Of a stretch of 37,771 bases of DNA, positions 24,776 to 33,504 are shown in pieces. Each line of letters starts with the position of its first letter. The first letter of the stretch is position 1. The stretch covers positions 1 to 37,771 of IMG/VR virus record IMGVR_UViG_3300037722_000170. One strand, written 5' to 3'. Origin of the DNA: a virus (lineage: Duplodnaviria > Caudoviricetes). The translations under genes and the position numbers were made by a program. Below the pieces are notes generated by a model. The model was not told the DNA's origin, ran no database searches, and worked only from the letters and a program-made list of their open reading frames with translations.

Positions 24776-26208
24776 TATCTTTCAACAAATACTCCTAACA
24801 AAGTAATTTTTCTAATAGGGCAGTCGTTTGAAGCGTGTCCATTCTCAAAATCTACGACAACTCTAACATCCTCAACAGGTGCAAGGTCAATGCTAGTAAA
24901 AACATGTCTTGTTTCGTTTGTGCCTGTGACTTGTAGTGCGGTTGACGTCTCAGCGCCCTGATTACCCTCTAGGGTAATATCTGCTCTAGCACTTGCACCA
25001 AGAGCCTTAGTCGTTACTATTATATCTGTTACCTTTCCTATATGTTTGTTTCGTGTTATATCAACAAACACAGACTTCCAATTAGAGTTAGTAGAGTATC
25101 CTGAAAACTTAGCCAAACGATACGAGCTATCCTCATCATATGAGGCAATAAGAGGTACGCCAAAAGGAGAAGCTATCCCCCCTACTGTCTCGTATCCTGC
25201 GTCTGCTAATCGAGACATTTGAATAGGAAGTTGTTCAACCGAGGCTCCAACGCTGTATATATCCTCATCTGATATAAATAGAATTGTGTTTTTGTATAAA
25301 GCTTTTTGTCTATGGTCTGGAAGCGTACCTGAGAAATATCTTAGTGGTTTAATTTGGGTCCCAGAAATCCAACCTATTGAGAAGCCATCAGAGGATGTAT
25401 CATTATATGCAACATAAACAATCCCATTTAGAACATATAAAAACCCTATTTCTTGATCTCCAATACCAACCTCATCAGATAAGATATTAGATATTGCCGA
25501 GCCGTCATAAAGATATATTTGACCTCTCTTTCCCTCTCCAAAGTTTACAGCTATCCACCACATATTTGAGTGAAACACAACGTCTACTACCTCTGTACCC
25601 TCTCCAAAATCAAGCTTTTGTACATTAAGAACAGCCAAGCCCTCAACATAAACTCCTAAGTATCGACCGTTTCCAAATACCATAATATCTTCCTTTACAG
25701 CTGACGGATGAGGAGCTAGTTCAAGATCGGTATCTGTATCAGATCCCCAGTCAGGATCTATTGTTTCAGTTGACAAAGGCATTTTTAATATATCCCCACC
25801 TGACGACTTGTTAAAAAATCCATATAAATTAGCTTTTAATCTAATAAGGCTCTCGCCCTCTGTCATATCAGTTACCGCCTGTGGCCAAGATGGAGACCCA
25901 TCACTTGTTACGGTAGTTGAACTTAATTTAAACAACTTTGTAGTTCCTATGGCATATGTAGTATTTGATGCTGTAGGTTTGTCTAATATAAATCGAATAA
26001 GTTGATCAACAACTCCAGCTTGCGTTCCGTTTGTAAGGTCAGCTAGTGCAGGACTTTGCGTAAGAAACCCCGGCTTTGAGATAATATCGGCTCTCATCTC
26101 AGAAGCCTGCCCTTTGTTGCCCACAAACGTTTTAGTATCTATGTGAGCTAACGGAGCATATCCTTCGTTAAATCCCGTAAAGTCTATAGAGAAGTCTAAG
26201 TCTGCCAT
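24775..26208 (-). CDS. Tail nozzle/stabilisation protein (P22 gp10/T7 gp12-like beta-propeller)
   Basis: Beta-rich, 477 aa, positioned after adaptor and portal. Confidence 0.6.
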   Translation of the reverse strand: MADLDFSIDFTGFNEGYAPLAHIDTKTFVGNKGQASEMRADIISKPGFLTQSPALADLTNGTQAGVVDQLIRFILDKPTASNTTYAIGTTKLFKLSSTTVTSDGSPSWPQAVTDMTEGESLIRLKANLYGFFNKSSGGDILKMPLSTETIDPDWGSDTDTDLELAPHPSAVKEDIMVFGNGRYLGVYVEGLAVLNVQKLDFGEGTEVVDVVFHSNMWWIAVNFGEGKRGQIYLYDGSAISNILSDEVGIGDQEIGFLYVLNGIVYVAYNDTSSDGFSIGWISGTQIKPLRYFSGTLPDHRQKALYKNTILFISDEDIYSVGASVEQLPIQMSRLADAGYETVGGIASPFGVPLIASYDEDSSYRLAKFSGYSTNSNWKSVFVDITRNKHIGKVTDIIVTTKALGASARADITLEGNQGAETSTALQVTGTNETRHVFTSIDLAPVEDVRVVVDFENGHASNDCPIRKITLLGVFVER

Positions 26209-26209
26209 T

Positions 26210-27982
26210 TTATTGTTGAATTGTTGGTACCTGTTCCTCCGCTACCTCTGGCGCTTCTGCTGTTGCTCCTGATGGAGCTAACATTTCCACTTTAGGTTCT
26301 TCTTTCTTTGGAGGAATTGGAATACCTCGAACTTTATAAATCATATCAAGTATCCAAGCTATTCTCTCTGGGTCCTGTTCAAGCTGTATAAGGTTTGTCA
26401 AATCTTGTAGTTGGTCTTGGATGTCTGAGTTCTCGCCTGTAATTGTGATAAATAATCTAGGTAATACCCCTTTCCAAATCTCTTTCGTATTTACGATAGT
26501 AGGATCGATGTTTTTCATCTCGTCTAACTTCTCAGCTTTTATAGCTTCGGCTATTTCTTTTGTGTGCGGACCTATACGAACTAAGTTTTCAACATACCAA
26601 CTCTCAGCCATAATCTCACGGAACTGATCTATTATGTCAGTATCTCCAACTAATCTAAATACGTCTTCCCCTTTCAAATCAGATATCAACTCCGGTAAGA
26701 CCCATTCCCGAAACACTCTTTTGTAAGGTAATGATATTTTCTGCCGAAGAAGTACAAACATACGACCCGCATTCTGATCAAGCAAAAGTCCTAATCTAAA
26801 TGGAGTATTTGCAGGTAGGCTTTCACCTCTAACAATCTCCCCAGAGTTTGCTAATCTGTCTGCGTCTGCTAGCAATCTATTCCAATCGGCTATCAACTGA
26901 TCCAATCCTCTCATCCTAACATCAACTTGAGATAAGTCGTCTGTGATAACAACATCTCCATTGTCAAGATCCGCTCGAATATTTTGCAATACTTTAGAGT
27001 CTTTGCTTCGGAATATAACCTTTGAAGCCCAATCAAGTCCCCTAGCTAGTTGATTACCTATCTCGTTTGCTCTTATCTGATGGTCAAATAAAAGCTCGTG
27101 CATTCCAATCCTCCAAAATCTACCACTATATCGACCCCTGTGTGCATATATATAATGATCAGACAACTTACCATCTAATTTTTCAGCAAATAAAACACAT
27201 TTCTCACCACTACCACTTGCTTTTAAGCCTGCAACTATTATCTTAGCTAAAAAGTATTTATGCTCATCTCCTTCTGGTTTGTAAGTTGCATCATTAAACT
27301 CTTTCTCAGAAACTTCTCCTGTAAACTCGTAAATTTCATATCTCTTAGAGGTTGTTTCTGTAGGTGTAGTTAGTGCACCTGATTTAAAAGATTTATTTCC
27401 TAAAGTTTTAATAGTCTCATCCACCTTATCCGAGTCCCACTCAGTCATGCTTTTAAGCTGAGAAGCTGTCATTTCATGCTTTTCTATTATATCTGTGTCA
27501 TCTATTGTCTCGGCCATTTGATTTGCAATATAGGTGTTTAATGAATTAACCAACTCATATCCTCCATTTATTCTCTTAAACCCTACATTCCCATTTTCAA
27601 CAAACTCTTCAACTGCAGCTTTTAGCTTGTCATCCTCTCCGTTTTCTGCCATCCATGACGAGAGCATAGCATTTGCTATAAAAACAGCTGCAAAATCTTT
27701 TCTTGGATTTTGTGAGAAAGCTAGAATATGTTTTGTATCAAACCTTAAGTTTTTTACTTCGGAATCGGCTCGCGGAGATATAATATCAAAATAGTAGTCA
27801 TAAGATAGGTCCGGATTAAGTTTGCTTCCTGACAGATCTCTGTTTTTAAACTTAAAGATTCTGTTAATTAACTTATATTGGCTAAAAAACACCCCAGAAC
27901 TTAACTCTATTTGATTTGAGATGTAATTGTTAATTTCGCTTTCAATCCTCGAAAATAGCGCTGATTTTGTCTGTTTTGGCAT
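26210..27982 (-). CDS. Portal protein (P22-like)
   Basis: 590 aa; NGNVGFKR, GRFWRIGMHELLFDHQIRANEIGNQ and RGESLPANTP segments; acidic tail. Confidence 0.8.
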   Translation of the reverse strand: MPKQTKSALFSRIESEINNYISNQIELSSGVFFSQYKLINRIFKFKNRDLSGSKLNPDLSYDYYFDIISPRADSEVKNLRFDTKHILAFSQNPRKDFAAVFIANAMLSSWMAENGEDDKLKAAVEEFVENGNVGFKRINGGYELVNSLNTYIANQMAETIDDTDIIEKHEMTASQLKSMTEWDSDKVDETIKTLGNKSFKSGALTTPTETTSKRYEIYEFTGEVSEKEFNDATYKPEGDEHKYFLAKIIVAGLKASGSGEKCVLFAEKLDGKLSDHYIYAHRGRYSGRFWRIGMHELLFDHQIRANEIGNQLARGLDWASKVIFRSKDSKVLQNIRADLDNGDVVITDDLSQVDVRMRGLDQLIADWNRLLADADRLANSGEIVRGESLPANTPFRLGLLLDQNAGRMFVLLRQKISLPYKRVFREWVLPELISDLKGEDVFRLVGDTDIIDQFREIMAESWYVENLVRIGPHTKEIAEAIKAEKLDEMKNIDPTIVNTKEIWKGVLPRLFITITGENSDIQDQLQDLTNLIQLEQDPERIAWILDMIYKVRGIPIPPKKEEPKVEMLAPSGATAEAPEVAEEQVPTIQQ

Positions 27983-28698
27983 TATAATCCGTAACTTCTA
28001 ACTGATTTCTGTCTTAGTCTAAACCTTGGCCTCTCATCAGGTGATCTCATTTGATAATGCTCTCTCATAGCATTTCTTATTAACTCTTTCTCTGCCCGAA
28101 GCTGATTAGTTTTCTTTTCCATTCCATGTGCTATGGCGTATTTTAAAGCAGCCCCAACTGATAAGAATTGATGAAATTGTGAATTGAACCCCGGCTCTGC
28201 TGTTGTGTCTGCTGTTGTAAAGTGATTTGCTCCTCTTTGAAACTCAATCTCAACTCCGTCTCCTGCGGAATAATCAGGAACAGGAATAGGAAATACTGCA
28301 CCGCCAAGTTTGTAATATTTGCTAGGACTACCTGTTGAATTAAGCTCTGTGTCTGACAACTCACTTCGAAGTCTTGGAGTTAATGTTATCAGCTGACCAT
28401 TTGAATCTTTCATCCTTACCCTGTGAATAACTAATGCCGAATCAAGTAAAGTGTAATGGTCCTGGTTTCCTGTTAAATCAAGAGTAGCAAAAGGGAAGTC
28501 TGTATTTGATGTGTCATCCCATTTATGATTTGGATCTGCTTTGTAAAGTTCAGCTACTGCCTCATCCCAAACAATGTTTACATTCCTCGTTCTGTCTGCT
28601 AAGGAGTAAGCCGTGTTTAATGTAGCGCTATCTCCAAAGAGTAAAAAATCTATATCTCCTATAATCGAAATTGATTTATCGCTTGGGTTAAATTGCAT
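27982..28698 (-). CDS. Head-to-tail adaptor (tail tubular protein A-like)
   Basis: GSPSKYY...PIPVPD...EPGFNSQFHQFLSVGAA pattern. Confidence 0.7.
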   Translation of the reverse strand: MQFNPSDKSISIIGDIDFLLFGDSATLNTAYSLADRTRNVNIVWDEAVAELYKADPNHKWDDTSNTDFPFATLDLTGNQDHYTLLDSALVIHRVRMKDSNGQLITLTPRLRSELSDTELNSTGSPSKYYKLGGAVFPIPVPDYSAGDGVEIEFQRGANHFTTADTTAEPGFNSQFHQFLSVGAALKYAIAHGMEKKTNQLRAEKELIRNAMREHYQMRSPDERPRFRLRQKSVRSYGL

Positions 28699-28737
28699 AC
28701 GTTGTAAAAAATATCCACAACGCTTAATTTAATTATA
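28699..28737 (-). promoter_or_regulatory. -10 box plus AAGCGTTGTG leader hairpin (copy 4)
   Basis: TATAAT TAAATT AAGCGTTGTG...ACAACGT ATG. Confidence 0.75.
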
Positions 28738-28858
28738 CACTCAAAGAATGTAATAATAAAAGGATACAACATACTATACTCTTTTTTCAATAGCCTTATT
28801 TAGCGAATTAGAGCTATATTTTTTAGCCTATAGAACGATTTTAGCCTATTCTAACAGT

Positions 28859-28993
28859 TTAATTGTATTTTCTGCCTCTTTTCTTTTTCGCATTAAACAC
28901 TATAACTGAATTACAGTTAGGACATCTTGGTGGAATCTGTAAGGTTTGTGGATCTACCGGGTAATTACATTCAGGACAAGTTGGTTGATTCAT
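28859..28993 (-). CDS. 44-aa zinc-ribbon protein (not in ORF track)
   Basis: MNQPTCPECNYPVDPQTLQIPPRCPNCNSVIVFNAKKKRGRKYN*; ATGA overlap. Confidence 0.7.
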   Translation of the reverse strand: MNQPTCPECNYPVDPQTLQIPPRCPNCNSVIVFNAKKKRGRKYN

Positions 28994-29238
28994 AAAGAAA
29001 GCTGCCAACAACTTCTATGCATAACTCCACCCTCGTAAATTACAATCTTACCCGCTAACCTCTTATAGCATGAATCACATTTATCTGGCTCAACTTTCGG
29101 AGGGGCCTTTCTCGTTCTTATCTCAAGAAACTTTCTTACCCCCATACTTCTTATCGAATGCTCCTCACAATACTTTGTACTAAACATCGACACTTCTTGA
29201 CCACAATAGCAAAATTTATTTTTTCGCTGATCCTTCAT
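28990..29238 (-). CDS. Cys-rich zinc-binding protein
   Basis: CxC..CxxH and CxxC..HxxC. Confidence 0.6.
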   Translation of the reverse strand: MKDQRKNKFCYCGQEVSMFSTKYCEEHSIRSMGVRKFLEIRTRKAPPKVEPDKCDSCYKRLAGKIVIYEGGVMHRSCWQLSL

Positions 29239-29611
29239 TTTGAAAATATTTTACAACATCGTTTAGTCCATAAGCAACTAAACTATATCCTCCTCTGTTT
29301 GAAACTTCTTTTAAAAAGCTATCCTGCGCAATTGTTGGTTTATTAGATCCAATCTTAACCTCAATAGCAATAAACCTCCCATTCTTATGGACCCCTAATA
29401 TATCAGAGCTACCTTTTCTACCAAACCAATACATACCTTTTTGTGTTTTAAATGCTCCTGTGTTATTTCTCCAACAAAAATGCCCCGCATAATTTAGGTA
29501 CTCAACAATAGCATTAACTATATCCTGCTCTTTCATTTTCTTTTGTGTTTTATTTACAACATCTAGTAATTGATCTGCGTTTTTGATTATATAACTCTTT
29601 TTCTTAACCAT
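29216..29611 (-). CDS. VRR-NUC / Holliday junction resolvase-like nuclease
   Basis: EQDI...WRNNTG...GSSDILG...IAIEVK...PTIAQ. Confidence 0.9.
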   Translation of the reverse strand: MVKKKSYIIKNADQLLDVVNKTQKKMKEQDIVNAIVEYLNYAGHFCWRNNTGAFKTQKGMYWFGRKGSSDILGVHKNGRFIAIEVKIGSNKPTIAQDSFLKEVSNRGGYSLVAYGLNDVVKYFQNEGSAKK

Positions 29612-29625
29612 ACTTTAATTATATA

Positions 29626-29823
29626 CTACCCCTTTTTTAAATCTTTTTTAATAGCCTTTTTAATAGCTTTAACTACCTCATCTGGGATTGATAACTGATG
29701 TATTTGTGTCGCCTCGTCCCAACACTTCTTACAAAAAGGAACTCCCAATAGCCCAACATAAACCCAATAAGATTGTTTTCTACCACATCTATTTATACAA
29801 TAACTTACTGCTTGAGCTGACAT
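29626..29823 (-). CDS. Small Cys-containing hypothetical protein
   Basis: CxxxC...CxxC. Confidence 0.55.
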   Translation of the reverse strand: MSAQAVSYCINRCGRKQSYWVYVGLLGVPFCKKCWDEATQIHQLSIPDEVVKAIKKAIKKDLKKG

Positions 29824-29826
29824 ATA

Positions 29827-30081
29827 CTACCCTAACATTTCTTTTAACTTAGCTTTCATCTCATCAACAGCTTTATTAAATCCATAATCCCAAGTGTTTA
29901 CTCTACTCTGTCTTTCTTTATCAAACTGTTCTCCTGACCTATCGCTTTTTTCTGGTAAACACTCCTCTACTACTTGTTTTATGAGGGATAGGATTTTATT
30001 TGTGGCTTGTTCATTGGTATAATTTTCTTCCCCACCATATATAGTAAGTTCGTGTTCTATTTCTTCTCTTATGTTTTTCAT
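29827..30081 (-). CDS. Hypothetical protein
   Basis: ORF track; GFNKAVDEM motif. Confidence 0.6.
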   Translation of the reverse strand: MKNIREEIEHELTIYGGEENYTNEQATNKILSLIKQVVEECLPEKSDRSGEQFDKERQSRVNTWDYGFNKAVDEMKAKLKEMLG

Positions 30082-30368
30082 TTCTTTTTATTAACTGATT
30101 TTAGGGATTTAACAAACTTCATTAACTCTCTACCAAACTTACATTCTGTGCAAGGCTCTTCACAACTACCTATTCTTTTACCAGCCCATTCTTCTATCCT
30201 ATCTCGTTCCCTCTTTACAGCTTTGTCAATCTCGGCTTGTATGAAGGCTTTAATCATTGTTTCTGCCCCAGCGTGTCCCTTTCCATCCTCTGATACAAAT
30301 TCAACATACCAATCTTTACTTGGTTTTAACCGCTCCCATTTTTTAACCCAATCTGTGTTTTGTTTCAT
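30078..30368 (-). CDS. Hypothetical protein
   Basis: ORF track; ATGA overlaps. Confidence 0.6.
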   Translation of the reverse strand: MKQNTDWVKKWERLKPSKDWYVEFVSEDGKGHAGAETMIKAFIQAEIDKAVKRERDRIEEWAGKRIGSCEEPCTECKFGRELMKFVKSLKSVNKKK

Positions 30369-30583
30369 AAATCAATAGTTTTAATTAAATAACGAGTATT
30401 CCTAAACTCTACCCAATACATTTTAAGACGTTCACTTTTTAAAGTATGTCCTTTAACTAACCATAATGCCCACAAGAAAGGATAAAACCACCATTTGATT
30501 ATAAAATCATCTTGAGGCAATCTCTCAACAGCTTTATATAGTTTTTTAAGCTCTTTAAGACTTAATGTTCCTTTTCTTTTCAT
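30365..30583 (-). CDS. Hypothetical protein
   Basis: ORF track; ATGA overlap. Confidence 0.55.
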   Translation of the reverse strand: MKRKGTLSLKELKKLYKAVERLPQDDFIIKWWFYPFLWALWLVKGHTLKSERLKMYWVEFRNTRYLIKTIDL

Positions 30584-30599
30584 ATCTTATATATCTAAC

Positions 30600-30734
30600 T
30601 TGAGGACTAAGTGCCATACCCAAAGGAATTTTCTGTGATTTTGTTTTGTATTGTCAAAAAAACTTACTTACCTTGTGCCCTCTCACCTTTAATACAATTA
30701 TGTGAGCCAGTTAGGTATGACACTCAACCCTCAA
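30600..30734 (-). ncRNA. Candidate structured RNA: 24-bp stem enclosing an 87-nt loop
   Basis: 30711-30734 pairs with 30600-30623 with no mismatch and 5 G-U on the minus strand. Confidence 0.65.
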
Positions 30735-30735
30735 A

Positions 30736-30828
30736 TTAAAGAGCTTTAATTAAAAACCAAATTATAACCCCCACCATTACCAAAAATACAAAACTTACTA
30801 ATATATCGTTGTTATAAAATTGGTTCAT
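30736..30828 (-). CDS. 30-aa membrane peptide (not in ORF track)
   Basis: MNQFYNNDILVSFVFLVMVGVIIWFLIKAL*; ATGA overlap with the nucleotidyltransferase stop. Confidence 0.55.
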   Translation of the reverse strand: MNQFYNNDILVSFVFLVMVGVIIWFLIKAL

Positions 30829-31658
30829 AGGTTAAGAATATCAACTAATAGTTCGTTTATTTTATTGCGGTTGTTTTCTTCGGGGAGTTTTGATTTTGCA
30901 TACGCCCTTTCATTTAACTTAAACTCTTTATCAGATAATTTTTGTAATTGTTCTAATGTTAGACTGCCTTTTTTAATGTTTAATAATTCATCTCGGTCTT
31001 CCTCCCTATAAACAATAAGTGTTTTATCAAGTAATAGCTCTCTTGCGTTGCGAAGAAGTCGGATTAAAGTCATTGCATTTTTAGTATCATAGCCAATCTC
31101 GTCAACAATTTTTTTTCTTTTTTCTCCCATATATCCTCTATATGCCCCAGTTTGTAGTTTTTTAAGTTGTCCGTAAGCATAGCCTGAATATCCCATATAA
31201 ATACGCCTTTTTGCTAAAAATAAATCTCTATTCTCAATTAGTGTTTTTCCACCTTCTGATGTTATAAAATAATGTTCGGGCTTATTGTAAAGATAGGTCA
31301 TTACATTAGGATTACAGTTTGATAAAAGATGAAAAGTTTTTCTAACCTCGTAAGAAACTTCATCAATAGCACCTTCCTTGCGTTCTTTAACCTCTGCTCT
31401 GTGATAATAGCTTTCAAGTGATAAATAATACTCTGTTGGGTAGCGGTAAATCTCAAAAGTATCTTCGTCATCAATCCCATACATTTTATCTTCTTCAGGT
31501 TTAATAGTTAGTCCGTGAGCAATAGAGCCACGAAAACCTGAAAGGATTGTTTGCTTATCAAATATAAATCCATATAGCTTACGAACCTTATGTTGAAAAC
31601 CCTCGCTTCTTTTTATAAATGGTTGTTCTTTCTTTATATCCTTTGTGTGAAATGTCAT
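30825..31658 (-). CDS. Pol-beta superfamily nucleotidyltransferase, RlaP/Nuc-transf (YcgL-like) family
   Basis: RGSIAHGL...DDED, YEVRK...CNPN, GYAYGQ, GYDTKNAMTLIRLL, LLNIKKG and SKLP motifs; ATG 31658 preferred as start. Confidence 0.88.
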   Translation of the reverse strand: MTFHTKDIKKEQPFIKRSEGFQHKVRKLYGFIFDKQTILSGFRGSIAHGLTIKPEEDKMYGIDDEDTFEIYRYPTEYYLSLESYYHRAEVKERKEGAIDEVSYEVRKTFHLLSNCNPNVMTYLYNKPEHYFITSEGGKTLIENRDLFLAKRRIYMGYSGYAYGQLKKLQTGAYRGYMGEKRKKIVDEIGYDTKNAMTLIRLLRNARELLLDKTLIVYREEDRDELLNIKKGSLTLEQLQKLSDKEFKLNERAYAKSKLPEENNRNKINELLVDILNL

Positions 31659-31662
31659 AGGG

Positions 31663-31791
31663 TTAATCAAAAATAACTCGTAATAATAAAAGCACAATTC
31701 CTATAAAAATTATAGTAGTGGCTATGCCTACGCCTTTAACTGCCGCCTCAATAAACAAAGCGAATAAAACTAATCCTATTATAAATCCCAT
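31663..31791 (-). CDS. Small two-TM membrane protein
   Basis: MGFIIGLVLFALF...; start reassigned to ATG 31791. Confidence 0.55.
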   Translation of the reverse strand: MGFIIGLVLFALFIEAAVKGVGIATTIIFIGIVLLLLRVIFD

Positions 31792-31793
31792 AT

Positions 31794-32111
31794 CTATCCC
31801 CAAAATGCAACTCCTAACAACAGACCCACTATAACACCTAACCAAAATCCCCAATTCTTGCGTACCTTGTTCTTACTCTTTTTTGATTGCAATTTCGTGG
31901 TGTCAGGTAAATGCAATTTCTTCTTCCTCACAACCTTTTTAACTAATTCTACTTTGGAGGCGACGCAATATCCTTTTTTCAACTGAACTTCATAATTTCC
32001 ATTATTATTAAATTCAACAAATTCACCAATTTGTCCATTGTGGTGCGGTGTGGTGAAAGGAAACAAACACTCAACTACTCTAACTTTAGTGCCTATTTTG
32101 TATTTTGTCAT
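31794..32111 (-). CDS. SH3-like domain plus C-terminal TM protein
   Basis: YKIGTKVRV start; hydrophobic C-terminus. Confidence 0.6.
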   Translation of the reverse strand: MTKYKIGTKVRVVECLFPFTTPHHNGQIGEFVEFNNNGNYEVQLKKGYCVASKVELVKKVVRKKKLHLPDTTKLQSKKSKNKVRKNWGFWLGVIVGLLLGVAFWG

Positions 32112-32132
32112 ATTTGTTTATATAATCCGATA

Positions 32133-32450
32133 CTATAAGGCTCCTATTCCTTTCAAAAACTCTGTCGCAGACTTAAATTTCGTAGGAACTGCACCCTTTA
32201 ATTTGAAAACTATTAAATCATCAACTTCATTTTGGTAATAACATTCATTCATACCTATTTTTTTCAACCAAACCCTCAGTTTTCTTTTATTTGTAAAACT
32301 TTCTATTTTTTTAAGTAAGTCTTTAATAGTCGCTACTTCACTTACCTCTCTACAATAAGGACATATATCATCCTTAAAAGTATCGTTAAGTCCTATGTAT
32401 TCTTGTTTGCTGTCGCATATCGCACAGCATTTATAATCTCCGTGTGCCAT
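32133..32450 (-). CDS. Cys-rich hypothetical protein
   Basis: CxxC...CxxC. Confidence 0.65.
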   Translation of the reverse strand: MAHGDYKCCAICDSKQEYIGLNDTFKDDICPYCREVSEVATIKDLLKKIESFTNKRKLRVWLKKIGMNECYYQNEVDDLIVFKLKGAVPTKFKSATEFLKGIGAL

Positions 32451-32451
32451 A

Positions 32452-32628
32452 TTATTTTTGTTTTAGTAAATCTTCAAGGTTATAAGCATAATCCTCATTA
32501 AACTCCGCCCCACAATACCAACAAAAAACATCTTCGCCTTCAATCAAAGCAAAACAATCACCACAGCCTAAAGCATCATCTGTATCCTTGTCTTTGAGTA
32601 CAACTCTTTTTATTTCTCTCTGTTTCAT
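32452..32628 (-). CDS. 58-aa zinc-ribbon protein (not in ORF track)
   Basis: ...GCGDCFALIEGEDVFCWYCGAEF... Confidence 0.7.
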   Translation of the reverse strand: MKQREIKRVVLKDKDTDDALGCGDCFALIEGEDVFCWYCGAEFNEDYAYNLEDLLKQK

Positions 32629-32633
32629 AATAG

Positions 32634-32744
32634 TTATTTAGTTAACCCTCTAATCAAACTTATAACTCCTTTTATATTTAATTGAACTTCTGGGTTTTCT
32701 TTGTCGTATTTTTCTAACATTTTAATGATTTGTTTAATTGTCAT
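32634..32744 (-). CDS. 36-aa hypothetical protein (not in ORF track)
   Basis: MTIKQIIKMLEKYDKENPEV...GLTK*; fills the intergenic gap exactly. Confidence 0.55.
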   Translation of the reverse strand: MTIKQIIKMLEKYDKENPEVQLNIKGVISLIRGLTK

Positions 32745-32746
32745 AG

Positions 32747-32974
32747 TTATTTAGTTTTTAATAAACTATTTAATCCTTCAATTTTTCCTGTAAGATATAC
32801 TGACTTCATCATTATCCTAATTAAATCCTCTTTTGAGGTGGTTAAACCCATAATTGATTTCAAATCTTCTATTGCTTTATTTATTTCTGTGTTCATATAA
32901 GTTTTAGGCGTTCTTTTATTTCGCTTTTTTTGTTCCATTTTAACTTTGGTTAATAAAAATTCTTCTACATCCAT
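32747..32974 (-). CDS. Hypothetical protein
   Basis: ORF track. Confidence 0.55.
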   Translation of the reverse strand: MDVEEFLLTKVKMEQKKRNKRTPKTYMNTEINKAIEDLKSIMGLTTSKEDLIRIMMKSVYLTGKIEGLNSLLKTK

Positions 32975-32979
32975 AATAG

Positions 32980-33171
32980 TTATTTAGTTAAAGTTAAACT
33001 GATGACCTGATAGCAAGTTGGCTTTGTTCCCTGAAAGCAAACCACTTTTTTCTCGTTAAAAAACTCAAATGAGGTGTCTGTTGCTAAGGTCGTTCCAAGT
33101 AAAACAAGCCCATATCCTATTAAAAGTCCAAGTAGTATCCAAGCTGTGTATTTTTTTAGAAAGTCTTTCAT
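32980..33171 (-). CDS. Membrane-anchored small protein
   Basis: N-terminal TM and a C-terminal Cys pair. Confidence 0.6.
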   Translation of the reverse strand: MKDFLKKYTAWILLGLLIGYGLVLLGTTLATDTSFEFFNEKKVVCFQGTKPTCYQVISLTLTK

Positions 33172-33395
33172 CTTTTATCCCACTTGTCAGGTGCGTATTC
33201 TTTAACATAATTTATAAAGGTTTCTGCTAATTTTCCTCTATTTTCGGTATTGGCTGCAAACAAACATTCGCCAAGAGCCCTAACAAAATTTCCTCCATGC
33301 TCGATCATGTTTTTTGAAACTGTAAGTCTAGTTTCATCATCAAGAATTATTATGTTTATTACGTCTATATCTTCAATGTTATCAAAGCTATCCAT
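33168..33395 (-). CDS. Hypothetical phage protein
   Basis: HGGNFVRALGECLFAA motif; start reassigned to ATG 33395. Confidence 0.65.
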   Translation of the reverse strand: MDSFDNIEDIDVINIIILDDETRLTVSKNMIEHGGNFVRALGECLFAANTENRGKLAETFINYVKEYAPDKWDKR

Positions 33396-33396
33396 A

Positions 33397-33504
33397 TTAT
33401 CCGGCAAATAAAACTAATAAGAAGAAAATAAAAGCGTAGATCCAATGGATTGGCTTTAAAGGTGGTGTTCTCTGAATTGCTCGATATTCTCTATTCTCTT
33501 TCAT
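33397..33504 (-). CDS. 35-aa membrane peptide (not in ORF track)
   Basis: MKENREYRAIQRTPPLKPIHWIYAFIFFLLVLFAG*. Confidence 0.5.
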   Translation of the reverse strand: MKENREYRAIQRTPPLKPIHWIYAFIFFLLVLFAG

